Assembly: GCA_029856045.1 (NCBI GenBank) | Contig: JAHQWG010000028.1 | Location: 224,001 to 288,000 of the forward strand | Source of the DNA: Promethearchaeia archaeon | Lineage (GTDB): Archaea; Asgardarchaeota; Lokiarchaeia; Sigyniarchaeales; SOKP01 | Direction: 5' to 3' | DNA length: 64,000 nt | Shown: one piece after another, positions 1 to 10,246 of the stretch | Layout of the letters: every line of letters begins with the position of its first letter | How positions within the stretch are numbered: position 1 is the stretch's first letter | Position numbers and translations under genes: made by a program | The notes under the pieces: model-generated | Seen by the model: only the letters and a program-made list of their open reading frames with translations | The model's database searches: none | What the model was told of the DNA's origin: nothing

Positions 1-1357
1 ACGACAAACTCCATTTTGTCCTCCTGAACAAAAAAAAATCCTAATAAAAAAAATAGCAAAAGCCTACTTTACGAAAAAGGAACTTGTAAAATCATTTAAA
101 ATAATTGAAAGATTATCAGATGTTAATGAGCGATGGGGATTATACTCTGATTTGGTTAGAGCATATGCATTTATTAATGTTAAAGAAGCCGTTGATTATG
201 CTGGTGTGATTCCTGATAAGAAAAAAAAAGATAATTTGCTTAAAAATATTGCATTAGATATAATTTTAACTGATGCTGAACAAGCAAGTCAAATTGCATT
301 ACTAATTGATGACTCTAAATTAAAAGAAACAGTCTTATCAGAAATATTATTCAAATGCGTAAAGGGAGAACCTTTATTAGCTATAAAAATATCAAATCTT
401 ATTGAAGATTTAACTTTAAGGATATTAGTTTTATTTGAAATTTGTTCTTCATTATTGGCTCAAAATAACAAATTAAAAGTATTAGAACTTATACAAACCG
501 TTTTAAAAATACTTCTTTCCGAAAAATCCGTTAATTTAGCAGAAAATAATTTTAATAATTTTAATTTTCATCTATTTATAAATTCTATTCATGCTCTTGC
601 TGAATTGGATTCTCCAAAAGCTGCTGATGCTTACATAAAATCACTTAAAGAAAAAAAATTGAGAAAAAAAATCAAAGAGGACCTATTTGATATAATCTAT
701 AAAATGGTTGATGAAACACGCACAAGAATTGATTCCTTCATTGTAATTAATCAATATTTCTTGATAAATACATATTTTTCAACTATTTTTGAAGAATTAT
801 CAAATTTTGCAAATATGGATGGTAATATAAGTGAAAATATATTATCTAAAAATTTTAATTTTAAAATATTAGTATTTTGTCTATTTGGGTATTCATTTCA
901 TACATTTCCCTTTTTTGATAGGATTTATAATGAATTAAAGAAAGAAAACAGTGATTCATTTGCATATTACACATTACCCGTAAAAGGAAAGCATAATGAA
1001 AGTGATTCTATCATAATAAAAAAAACAATTAAACATTTTTTCAAATCAAATTTTTCACAAATGAATAATGACATTTATGTTTTCAATTTGGATTTCATTC
1101 CGTATTTAAATGCACCTACAATTATTATGGAGTCTGATCCCGCTATAAATATTTCGATTCAATCAAAAATAATCAGTAAATTGGGAAATAAAATAAGTTT
1201 TATTCTCGATAATGGAGTTTTTAAAGGTGGGGATATCCCAGAAATTTTAAAATCCATATTTACTAACAGCAATTTTAAAATTATCAATTTAGTATTATCT
1301 TATGAAATATTAAACAATTATATTTTATTTAAGCACTTTCTTAAGGCATTGCTATAA
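1..1357 (+). CDS. 5'-truncated helical-repeat (TPR/HEAT-like) protein with C-terminal degenerate N-formylglutamate amidohydrolase-like domain
   Basis: Frame is open from position 2 through the TTG at 152, so the gene starts before the window. The N-half has amphipathic helical repeats. The C-terminal DNGVFKGGDI...IINLVLSYEIL resembles the FGase NxPFxGGxI...IQIEI pattern without the catalytic residues. Confidence 0.5.
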   Translation, partial: RQTPFCPPEQKKILIKKIAKAYFTKKELVKSFKIIERLSDVNERWGLYSDLVRAYAFINVKEAVDYAGVIPDKKKKDNLLKNIALDIILTDAEQASQIALLIDDSKLKETVLSEILFKCVKGEPLLAIKISNLIEDLTLRILVLFEICSSLLAQNNKLKVLELIQTVLKILLSEKSVNLAENNFNNFNFHLFINSIHALAELDSPKAADAYIKSLKEKKLRKKIKEDLFDIIYKMVDETRTRIDSFIVINQYFLINTYFSTIFEELSNFANMDGNISENILSKNFNFKILVFCLFGYSFHTFPFFDRIYNELKKENSDSFAYYTLPVKGKHNESDSIIIKKTIKHFFKSNFSQMNNDIYVFNLDFIPYLNAPTIIMESDPAINISIQSKIISKLGNKISFILDNGVFKGGDIPEILKSIFTNSNFKIINLVLSYEILNNYILFKHFLKALL

Positions 1358-1372
1358 AAGTGTAATAAAAAA

Positions 1373-3121
1373 ATGACAAAAGGGAAAAAAGAGAAAAAGA
1401 AAAAGAAAGAAGATGAAGAACCCTCAAGTGCTGGATTATTTTCAGCTCTTAGTGGAGGGGCAGAAAAAAGAGATGTTTCTGACTTAAATCCGCTATTTCA
1501 AGCCAATGTGGCATCTTTCTCAGATTTTAAAAAAGGAAAAAAGTCTGTTGAACCCAGAACTATTTCTGAAGTTAGACACGCAACATTGGGCTCTAAAGTT
1601 GAAAAAAAAGATAAATTATCTGTTGGAACGGATTATCAAGAAATTATTCTTCCAGAGATCTCATGGGGTGAAATGCTTGCAGATATAACTAATTGGACGC
1701 CACTCCCTTTTACGCATGGAATAGAGATGGAGCTTATAATCTGTGATGATGATGGGAATTATCCTCCTGGTGATGAAATGGTTTTTAGAATGAAAGAAAT
1801 TGTTAAAGAATCTATAAAAATAATAAATGAGATTATCTATGAGGGGCGAGAGGATTTTTTACCAATGCCTGATTATATTCGAGGGAAAATCATGCAAGCT
1901 CCCTTTGGAAAGGAGGATATCGAAAAAGGGTATGTAATGAATATTTCATATAATCTTCAAGGAACCGAATTAAATATTGATAGTTTTGGAAGAGATGGAA
2001 ATGTCACTGCCATTACTTATATTTTAGAATTAGTCACTCCCCCCTGTGAATACGTCGAAGAATTAGCTTACTGGTCCTCAACATTATTTTTATTAGCAAA
2101 AAAAACACTTCCTAGAGATTTGCATATAGTAGCTTCTGCTATAAATCCTACATCAAAAGAGTATCAAAGAGGTTTATCGCAAGCAGATCATCATCATTTA
2201 GGTGATTTTAATTCCGAATTAGAAAAAATGCAAGCTTATTGTATGATAAGAAATTTCATACCTCATATTATTGCATTATCAACTAATTCCCCTATTATTA
2301 ATAATAGGCCTACAGATGTTATCAAAATAATCAATAATAGAATAACTGCTCCTAACTGTGTTCGTTCTTTAAGATTAAAATATAATTTAACTATGTTGTC
2401 CAATAACGATCCCAAATTTTTTATGCCTTATCTTAGTGAAGGTGGTGAAAATGGGCTTAATTATTTTTTGCAAGTAGTTAATAAAGCCAGTAGAGAAGAT
2501 GGACGATTTCAAGATATTTTTCCATTTACAGATTGGGGAACTATTGAAATAAGAGCAATGGATGCACAAATTTCAATTTGTCGAAGAATTGGATTAGGAT
2601 TACTTGTTCAAACACTATGCTATAAAGCTAGAAAATTGTATCAAAACAAACAATGGGTTCCAGATGCAGGTTCTGAAACAATTGCCTTTAATCGTGCGAG
2701 CGTAATTAACAGAGGGTTAATTGCCCTATTTAAACCAATAAATCTAACAAAAGAAACACTAGTAGAATATGACCCTGAATTTGCTGAAGCATATCTTGGA
2801 CCTGATAATAATCCTAATCGCTATATGTTTCAAGCAGTTCAAAGGATGTTCATATATCTTAAACCGGAATTGGAAGAATTGGGTTTTTTATATTCTCCTT
2901 TTTTAAAGCCACTTTTACAATCAGTTTTTGGAAATGTTTCATATGCTGAACCCCCAATAACCGAAGCAGAATATCAATTAAGTCTTTTTCAGTATAAAAT
3001 AGATAATGATCAATTTCCAGATGTTCTTGAAGATTTAATTTATTTTACAATTGAATATTGTCAAGACCCACTAAATCAACCTCTAACTGGTACTTTACTT
3101 CTTCCGAAAGAAATGAGATGA
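1373..3121 (+). CDS. Carboxylate-amine ligase, glutamate-cysteine ligase family 2 (GCS2/YbdK-like), with long N-terminal extension
   Basis: Motifs FTHGIEMEL, LELVTPPC, HHHLG, IALSTNSP, RSLR, WGTIEIRAMD. Confidence 0.85.
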   Translation: MTKGKKEKKKKKEDEEPSSAGLFSALSGGAEKRDVSDLNPLFQANVASFSDFKKGKKSVEPRTISEVRHATLGSKVEKKDKLSVGTDYQEIILPEISWGEMLADITNWTPLPFTHGIEMELIICDDDGNYPPGDEMVFRMKEIVKESIKIINEIIYEGREDFLPMPDYIRGKIMQAPFGKEDIEKGYVMNISYNLQGTELNIDSFGRDGNVTAITYILELVTPPCEYVEELAYWSSTLFLLAKKTLPRDLHIVASAINPTSKEYQRGLSQADHHHLGDFNSELEKMQAYCMIRNFIPHIIALSTNSPIINNRPTDVIKIINNRITAPNCVRSLRLKYNLTMLSNNDPKFFMPYLSEGGENGLNYFLQVVNKASREDGRFQDIFPFTDWGTIEIRAMDAQISICRRIGLGLLVQTLCYKARKLYQNKQWVPDAGSETIAFNRASVINRGLIALFKPINLTKETLVEYDPEFAEAYLGPDNNPNRYMFQAVQRMFIYLKPELEELGFLYSPFLKPLLQSVFGNVSYAEPPITEAEYQLSLFQYKIDNDQFPDVLEDLIYFTIEYCQDPLNQPLTGTLLLPKEMR

Positions 3122-3143
3122 AAATTAATAGGTATCTTTAAAA

Positions 3144-4703
3144 ATGTTAACTGTTAAAATTGAAAGCACAAAAAGAACATACATAAAAAATTTATTTGTT
3201 ATAGATGCACATTCCCATCTTGGCGAAGATGTAGATGGAGCTACAATGATGAATCCTCTTGCTCCTGGTTCCGGAACTTTTGATTTCTGGACAAAAGTAC
3301 AAGCCAAATTAATTGAAGAATGGAATAAAACAGGAGAAAAATCTTTCCAAACTACAATGGACGGTGAATTAATAAAATTAACTTTTGATTTTACACCTAT
3401 ACCTTTTATTAAAAAGATTTTTGAAAATTTGCAAACATTAAATGGAAATTTTTCAGATGTAAATGAAAAAACAAGCCATACTTCATTTATTGACCAAGCT
3501 GTGGTTTTTCCCTTTCAAGATACTTTTAGAAATAAACGACCAGAAGCCTTGTATCGTGCAAGTAATATTAATATATCAAGATTCACAACGCGCTTTCCAT
3601 TTTCATTTAAATTGATTGGATATTGTCGCGTTGATCCTATGGAAGGAGAAAAAGCAGTAAATGAAGTTAAATATGGTAATGAAGTTTTAGGTCTTAGAGG
3701 TTTAAAATTGCATCCTCGTTCTGAAGGCTGGATTGATCATGTAAATACACAAAAACCGATTAATGTTTTAATCGAAGCTGCAAAGCATTCAATGCCTACT
3801 CTTTTTGATACTAGAGGAAGGCAGACAATCCTAGATATTCGAGATCTTATTACTAACACACGAAATTTAATTCAAAAATCATATCCGGAATTATTGCCCC
3901 ATTTTAAAGTCATTATTGGTCATTGTGCGCAAGGAAATGTTGAAGATTATGAAGTTTATGAGGCAATAATACAACCAAATACAATTGGAGAATTATCAAT
4001 GCTTCATGGTTCAGGAGCGGGAAATTTCTTTGCAAGTTTTAGAAATTGGTATATTAAAAACAATAAAGAAAAAAGCACAGGAAAAAAATGGTCTGAATTT
4101 TTACTTTATGGCTCTGATTATCCATATTTCGGTGATGTTCACGCTGAAAAATTAATAATTTATATTATTAATAAACAATTTTTTGATTCTGGTGGAACCT
4201 TAAATGATGCTGAAAATATTCTGGGATTAAACCTTATTAAACTTCTACCAGAATATAATTTACCTCAAATAGAGAAAAATAATGTAATGGTTAGATCTAC
4301 TCTTATACCAAATATCCAATTAGGTCAAGGTCCCCCTCAAGATAACATACCATTAAACATTGGCACAAAAATAATCGCCAAACTATTATCTGATAACACA
4401 ATTGACATCTCTAAGCTATGTTTCCAATTTAAAGAATCTTTTGAAAATTATAATAATGAAGCACTGTTGAAAACGGTATCTAAAACATCACCAAATAAAA
4501 TTGCAAATTTATTGTTCATGAATTTACTTCAAAATCAACTTGCAATCATCACTCCTCTTAAAAATGATGCAATATGGAATAAATTTGGATATAAATATTT
4601 CAGTATTGAAGATCATGAGCTTTTTAATTCAGTCCTTAGCAATAGCTATCCCACTAACAACATTAATCAAGCAACACAAATAATTTCTCAAATATTTCAA
4701 TAA
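3144..4703 (+). CDS. Amidohydrolase (TIM-barrel, Amidohydro_2-like) with extra C-terminal domain
   Basis: IDAHSHLG, GLKLHP, IIGHC and LYGSDYPY motifs. Confidence 0.85.
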   Translation: MLTVKIESTKRTYIKNLFVIDAHSHLGEDVDGATMMNPLAPGSGTFDFWTKVQAKLIEEWNKTGEKSFQTTMDGELIKLTFDFTPIPFIKKIFENLQTLNGNFSDVNEKTSHTSFIDQAVVFPFQDTFRNKRPEALYRASNINISRFTTRFPFSFKLIGYCRVDPMEGEKAVNEVKYGNEVLGLRGLKLHPRSEGWIDHVNTQKPINVLIEAAKHSMPTLFDTRGRQTILDIRDLITNTRNLIQKSYPELLPHFKVIIGHCAQGNVEDYEVYEAIIQPNTIGELSMLHGSGAGNFFASFRNWYIKNNKEKSTGKKWSEFLLYGSDYPYFGDVHAEKLIIYIINKQFFDSGGTLNDAENILGLNLIKLLPEYNLPQIEKNNVMVRSTLIPNIQLGQGPPQDNIPLNIGTKIIAKLLSDNTIDISKLCFQFKESFENYNNEALLKTVSKTSPNKIANLLFMNLLQNQLAIITPLKNDAIWNKFGYKYFSIEDHELFNSVLSNSYPTNNINQATQIISQIFQ

Positions 4704-4856
4704 TGCATTTAGAATCCATAAACAGTTAAAGATTTTTAATTTATGAATTGGCAAATTTAAAATTAATGTATGTTTTTAAAAAACTCATTTTGTTATAGAT
4801 TATTCAAAAAAAAAAGAAATTTAATATTAACGCTTTAAACAGTTCTAGTAGATGCT

Positions 4857-5246
4857 TTATCCTAAAAGTTCAAAAACTTTTCCCAATGCCATCATTTTTC
4901 CTAATCCACGTAATTTTATTTTCCGAGTAATCCAATTTTTCATCAATGTTCCTGTAGATAACCCTTCACCAAAAACACCTAGAAAAATTTCCATAGGTGC
5001 TTCAAATATACCATCTGGTTTCAAACTTTTCAATGTTTCCTTGTCATTTTTAACGGCTTCTGCATCTATTTTACCCTTATCTATCTTTAATAAAGCGGCA
5101 TACCTTTGATCTTTAGGATTAAGCAAAATATTTACAGTTGTATCACTAAACTCTTTTTTAAACTCGTCTATATAATTTAACGCTTCAATTTGCATCCACA
5201 ATAATCCTGCAAGCCCTCTTCTTACTTTTTTTTTTGGAAACGACAT
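4857..5246 (-). CDS. SCP2 sterol/lipid-binding domain-like protein (copy 1)
   Basis: 129 aa. ALLKIDKGKI..., PDGIFEAP and WITRKIKLRG match the SCP2 pattern. Paralog of 8543..8932. Confidence 0.65.
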   Translation of the reverse strand: MSFPKKKVRRGLAGLLWMQIEALNYIDEFKKEFSDTTVNILLNPKDQRYAALLKIDKGKIDAEAVKNDKETLKSLKPDGIFEAPMEIFLGVFGEGLSTGTLMKNWITRKIKLRGLGKMMALGKVFELLG

Positions 5247-5301
5247 TTTAAATCACATTTAATATAAATTTAATTAGTTTTTTTCAATTTTATTTGATTT
5301 T

Positions 5302-6510
5302 TCATTGATTTTTAGATATTTTTTGCTTCCACTCTTTGAATGATTCCCGTTTTGGTATCTTCAATTCAATATCATCAAGATTATCAGCTATGGGATACCG
5401 ACCATATGTATGTACGGCTGCAATGCCAGCATGAATATGATCAGAAGGAGCATCAGCTGGGAGATTACCAAAGAGAAATTGTACACTATGTTCTCGGGCA
5501 AAAGCATCGATGATACGTTTAACCGCACTGATGATTTTCTCCACTGGACCATCTCGGATCAACCGAGCATTTAACGTTGCAATAATAGACGCATTTATGC
5601 CTTGTTCCCGATATTTAGCTAAATAATCTAGGACCGGTTCCAAAGGATAATCTTGCCAGCGTCCCATGCCCAGAAATAGAGAGGGAGCACCTTGACTTGC
5701 TATTTCAACATCAAAACAGCCATGAAGCACGTTAGCATCAAATTTTTCTAGGCGTTCCTCGCAATAATCACCACTTACGTTCATAGCCATCACACCAATT
5801 TTCTTGGCCTTTTCCAATAATCTTTCGTTGTAAGGTACAACCCACTCCTTCATGTCCTTAACCGAGAGATTTGGAACACATGCCCATGCATCAGCACCAA
5901 CAGCTATGAGTATATCACAAACCTCATTTTGCACCTTAAGATAGGGTAGCAACACATCATCTGTGATAAAAGTAAATAATTCATGAGCAAATTGCGGTCG
6001 TTTCCTCATGTCTTTAATCAATGCAGGGAAACTACGCATTCCCACTGCCATGCTGAAAGGACTGCAAAACATCCCCAAATTTGACCCATACTCTAGGCTT
6101 AGTTCGATACATCCCAATACATAGGGTAACCGTCCATCATTACGCCAATCCACCTCTTTAGCTTTAAGTTTAGTTAAATCCTCAGGATTCTTGATAAGAG
6201 GCTCACGAAAATCAATTGTGGGCATTGAATTCTCACCATAAATCATTTTCGCCCCCATTGCCTCTATCTCATAGTTATAAAGATCGGCAAAAGGATTAAA
6301 CATATCGAAATCGTAATAACCAGTAACATCAGCCATAGCATCAACAATCGCATTGGCATCATAATAGAATTTCTTGGCTGGTACTTCAGCTAATATCATT
6401 GTATGGTCATGCATTTGAGCCAAAACTTGAATCCAAGGTCTTTCACCCCCAGATATGGCACCCGCTAATCCCTTACTTCCTGAACCCTTTTTGGTTTTTT
6501 CTTTCCCCAT
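5302..6510 (-). CDS. Uroporphyrinogen decarboxylase-fold corrinoid-dependent methyltransferase (copy 1)
   Basis: UroD/MtaA family motifs (EIEAMGAK, DGRLP, SPFSMA, ADAWA, GPVEKI). Directly downstream of the corrinoid gene. No HxC zinc motif. Confidence 0.8.
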   Translation of the reverse strand: MGKEKTKKGSGSKGLAGAISGGERPWIQVLAQMHDHTMILAEVPAKKFYYDANAIVDAMADVTGYYDFDMFNPFADLYNYEIEAMGAKMIYGENSMPTIDFREPLIKNPEDLTKLKAKEVDWRNDGRLPYVLGCIELSLEYGSNLGMFCSPFSMAVGMRSFPALIKDMRKRPQFAHELFTFITDDVLLPYLKVQNEVCDILIAVGADAWACVPNLSVKDMKEWVVPYNERLLEKAKKIGVMAMNVSGDYCEERLEKFDANVLHGCFDVEIASQGAPSLFLGMGRWQDYPLEPVLDYLAKYREQGINASIIATLNARLIRDGPVEKIISAVKRIIDAFAREHSVQFLFGNLPADAPSDHIHAGIAAVHTYGRYPIADNLDDIELKIPKRESFKEWKQKISKNQ

Positions 6511-6511
6511 T

Positions 6512-7159
6512 TTAACTAACCTCCATCAATTTCTTAGCCTTTTCTGCAGCGTCAACTGCATCCTTGCCCCAAGCATCAGCTCCAATCTCATCTGAAAATT
6601 CCTGGGATGTAGGAACTCCACCAACCATCACCTTAACGCTGTTGCGCAGACCATTTTCTTGAAGTTTTTTGATAATATCCTTCATATCCAACATCGTGGT
6701 TGTCATATAACAACCTAACCCTAAAATGTTAGGTTTGAGCTCCTTAACTTTTTCTATGAAGGTTGCGATTGATACGTCCTCTCCCACGTCGATAACCTCA
6801 AATCCAGCACTTCGTAACATAACTATCACTATTATTTTGCCCAGGGTGTGCATATCACCAGCCACTGTTCCAATTACTACTTTCCCCGTTGCTCCGAATT
6901 CTCCAGCAGTTAAATGAGGTTCAATGATTTCCATTGCCATCTTGAAAGCTTCGGCACTCATCACAACATCTGGCAGAAAATATTCGTTTTTCTTCCATAA
7001 TTCTCCTGCCTCTTCAATTCCCGGTATAATACCTTCATTCACTATGTTCAAGGGTTGAATATTCTCTTCGAGAGCCTTTTGAGCCAAGCTTTGGGCTAAA
7101 TCATCCTCACCTTCAAGAATTGCATTTTCTAATTCTTTTAAAGTATTTGTAACAGCCAT
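6512..7159 (-). CDS. Methyltransferase cognate corrinoid protein (MtaC/MtbC-like, copy 1)
   Basis: Cap domain plus B12-binding motifs GDMHTLGK and VMVGG. Confidence 0.92.
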   Translation of the reverse strand: MAVTNTLKELENAILEGEDDLAQSLAQKALEENIQPLNIVNEGIIPGIEEAGELWKKNEYFLPDVVMSAEAFKMAMEIIEPHLTAGEFGATGKVVIGTVAGDMHTLGKIIVIVMLRSAGFEVIDVGEDVSIATFIEKVKELKPNILGLGCYMTTTMLDMKDIIKKLQENGLRNSVKVMVGGVPTSQEFSDEIGADAWGKDAVDAAEKAKKLMEVS

Positions 7160-7403
7160 ATTAATTTTATCTCTTTTTTTAATTTATATATTAATTTTAT
7201 TTTTGCTTTTGATTAAACTAATAGTATTTATAATATTATACGATCAAAAAAACTTTATTTGAGTTGAAAAATGAAATATATAAAAATTAAAGATTTTGAA
7301 TGATTATTTATTATATTTGAAATAAAAAAAGATATATTAAAGTTGGAAAACAATTATTTGATTAAACAACTTTTTAAAAGTTAAATATATTAGACCGTTT
7401 TAA

Positions 7404-8288
7404 ATGTCTCAACTTATTATTGACGAACTAAAAGTGTTCTTAAAAAGTGCAAATCTTTCTAATTATGAGATAAATGCATATATAACATTATCAATATCGA
7501 ATCCTTTAAAAGCACGAGAAATAAGTGAAAGATCAGATATACCTATTGGAAGAATTTATGATATATTAGAAAAATTAAAAGAAAAAGGATTAATAGAAAA
7601 TCAAGAAGTACGACCAAAAATGTATAAATCTTTGCCTTTTAGTTTTGCCTTTCAAACTCTAATTGACCAAGTAAGTAATGAAAATCAACAAAAAATATCC
7701 GTATTATATGAAAAGGCAAGAAAAATTGAATCAAAAATTTTTAATTCAAATTTATCAATGAATAAACAAATATCAAAGACATTTTGTTCAATAGAATATG
7801 ATAGAAATTCGATTTTATCATTATATATTAGCAATGTGAAAGAATTAAAAGAAGAGTTGCTTACAATGAGTTTTTTAAATGAAGAAATTCTGAATTTTAT
7901 TTCTATTGGAGAAAATTATTTCTTAGAAATCCTCGAAGCTATGAATCGAGGTGTCCAAGTGAAATATCTTTGGACCCTTAAACCTGGTATAAACCCTTTT
8001 ACGAGTAATCTAACTAATAAAAATCAAAAAATTTATCATAAAATAGAAAAAATAATTAATGATAAATATAATCTTTCCATTGATATTAAAGGATTTGATA
8101 TGAAATATGTCCCCAAAATAATTCCAACTCAATTTAGTATTTTTGATAAAAAAAGAGTTATATTTAAAATACATAATCCTTTTAGAACATCAGAAATTTT
8201 ATTTGCTTTGAATTTATTAGATCCAAACTTAGCGATGAAATTGAGAGAAATATATCTCAATATTTGGTTTTTTGATGTAACTGACTAA
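7404..8288 (+). CDS. TrmB family transcriptional regulator
   Basis: N-terminal LSNYEINAYITL...AREISERSDIPIGRIYDILEKLKEKGLI wHTH. C-terminal FSIFDKKRV effector domain. Confidence 0.85.
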   Translation: MSQLIIDELKVFLKSANLSNYEINAYITLSISNPLKAREISERSDIPIGRIYDILEKLKEKGLIENQEVRPKMYKSLPFSFAFQTLIDQVSNENQQKISVLYEKARKIESKIFNSNLSMNKQISKTFCSIEYDRNSILSLYISNVKELKEELLTMSFLNEEILNFISIGENYFLEILEAMNRGVQVKYLWTLKPGINPFTSNLTNKNQKIYHKIEKIINDKYNLSIDIKGFDMKYVPKIIPTQFSIFDKKRVIFKIHNPFRTSEILFALNLLDPNLAMKLREIYLNIWFFDVTD

Positions 8289-8377
8289 AAAAAATAAATA
8301 AAATTCGAATATTGTTGCAACTAATAAGTTAAAAATTAATTTTAAATTTTTTAATTATTTTAAACGTTTAATAAATT

Positions 8378-8452
8378 ATGTTAAATTTTAAGAGAGAACA
8401 ACAAATATTAGATATTGGTGGAATAAAGCTTGGAATTAATGTATATTTTTAA
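8378..8452 (+). pseudogene. Truncated 5' stub of mtrH-like gene at duplication junction
   Basis: Translates to MLNFKREQQILDIGGIKLG(INVYF*), versus MLNFKKEQQTIDIGRIKIG at 12387. About 55 bp upstream is also duplicated (8322-8377 vs 12331-12386). Confidence 0.85.
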
Positions 8453-8542
8453 AAAACTCATTTTGCTATAGATTAATCAAAAAAAAAAAGAGAAAAAAAA
8501 GAAACCTAATGTTAACGCCCTTTAAAAGTTCTAATGTAAGCC

Positions 8543-8932
8543 TTATCCTAAAAGTTCAAAAACCTTTCCTAATGCCATCATTTTTGTTAATCCACGTAAT
8601 TTTATTTTCCGAGTAATCCATTTTTTCATCAATGTTCCTGTAGATAACCCCTCACCAAAAACACCTAAAAAAATTTCCATAGGTGCTTCAAATATACCAT
8701 CTGGTTTCAAGCTTTTCAATGTTTCTTTGTCATTTTTAACGGCTTCCACGTCTATTGTACCTTTATCAATTTTTAATAAAGCGGCATATCTTTGGTCTTT
8801 AGGATTAAGTAAAATATTTAGACTTGTATCACTAAACTCTTTTTTAAACTCGTCTATATAATTTAAAGGTTTGATTTGCATCCACATTAATCCTGCAAGC
8901 CCTTTTTTTACTTTTGTTTTTGGAAACGACAT
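8543..8932 (-). CDS. SCP2-like protein (copy 2)
   Basis: 12 differences in 129 aa from 4857..5246. Confidence 0.65.
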   Translation of the reverse strand: MSFPKTKVKKGLAGLMWMQIKPLNYIDEFKKEFSDTSLNILLNPKDQRYAALLKIDKGTIDVEAVKNDKETLKSLKPDGIFEAPMEIFLGVFGEGLSTGTLMKKWITRKIKLRGLTKMMALGKVFELLG

Positions 8933-9033
8933 ATTAAATCATATTTAATATAAATTTAATTAATTCTTTTCATTTCAATTTGATTTTTTTTTTAATTTTT
9001 TATTTTTATTTAATTAAATCACATTGTTTTTTA

Positions 9034-10245
9034 CTAGATTGTTCCATCAGTTAATTTTTTCTTCCATTCTTTAAATGATTCACGTTTTGGTATCTTAAAT
9101 TCAATATCATCAAGATTATCAGCTATGGGTAACCGACCATAGGTATGTATAGCCGCAACTGCAGCATGAATATGGTCAGAAGGAGCGTCAGCTGGAATAT
9201 TATCTAAGAAAAAAGATAAACTATGATCTCGGCCAAGAATATCGATATAATGTTTGATAGTATCAACGATTTTTTCTACTGGACCATCTCGGAGTAACCG
9301 AGCATTAACACCAGCAGTAATAGTCACATTAATACTTTCTTCCCGAAGCTTGGCTGTATAATCTCGGACTGGTTCTAAAGGGTAGTCTTGCCAGGGACCA
9401 TAAAGTAGGAATAACATTGGCGCGCCTGTACATGCAATTCCAACATCAAAACATCCATGCAAAATTTCAGCATCAAACTTATCTAGTTGTTCTTCGCTGT
9501 AGGTACCACTGCTGCACATTATCATAACTCCCAATTTTTTGCATTTCTCCCTCAACCGCTCTGTATAAGGTACTACCCATTCTTTCATATCCTTAACTGA
9601 TAGGTTTGGAACAGACGCCCAAGCATCAGGAGCAAAAGCCATGAGGATATCAGTATAATCATTTTGTACCTTAATGTATGGTACTAATACATCATCTATA
9701 ATAAATGTAAATAGCTCATGGGCAAAATCTGGGCGCTTTTTCATATCCTTGATTAATGCTGGATAACTTCGCATTCCTACTGCCATGCTAAAGGGAGCAC
9801 AGAACGATCCTGCTACCCCTTCATAGTCTAGGCTAAGATTAATACACTCTAAAGCATAAGGTAACCGCCCATCATTATACCAGTCCACTTCCTTTTTCTT
9901 GAGTTTATGTAAGTCCTCAAGATTTTTAATTAGAGGGTCTCGAAAATCTATGGTTGGCATTGAATTTTCACCATAGATCATTTTACCCCCCATTGCCTCT
10001 ATTTCAAGATTGTAAACATCAGTGATAGGCGTACAAGAATCTAGCTGGTAATAACCTGATACATCAGCTGTGGATTCAACAAACACCTTAGCATCATGAT
10101 AGAATTTCTTGGCTGGTTCTTCAGTCAATGTCATTATGTGGTCGGGCATTTGAGCAATAACTTGAATCCAAGGCTTTTCTGGATCTATAATAAGACCAGA
10201 TAATCCCTTACTTCCTGCACCCTTTTTGGATTTTTCTTTCCCCAT
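9034..10245 (-). CDS. UroD-fold corrinoid-dependent methyltransferase (copy 2)
   Basis: Paralog of 5302..6510 with the same motifs. Confidence 0.8.
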   Translation of the reverse strand: MGKEKSKKGAGSKGLSGLIIDPEKPWIQVIAQMPDHIMTLTEEPAKKFYHDAKVFVESTADVSGYYQLDSCTPITDVYNLEIEAMGGKMIYGENSMPTIDFRDPLIKNLEDLHKLKKKEVDWYNDGRLPYALECINLSLDYEGVAGSFCAPFSMAVGMRSYPALIKDMKKRPDFAHELFTFIIDDVLVPYIKVQNDYTDILMAFAPDAWASVPNLSVKDMKEWVVPYTERLREKCKKLGVMIMCSSGTYSEEQLDKFDAEILHGCFDVGIACTGAPMLFLLYGPWQDYPLEPVRDYTAKLREESINVTITAGVNARLLRDGPVEKIVDTIKHYIDILGRDHSLSFFLDNIPADAPSDHIHAAVAAIHTYGRLPIADNLDDIEFKIPKRESFKEWKKKLTDGTI

Positions 10246-10246
10246 T

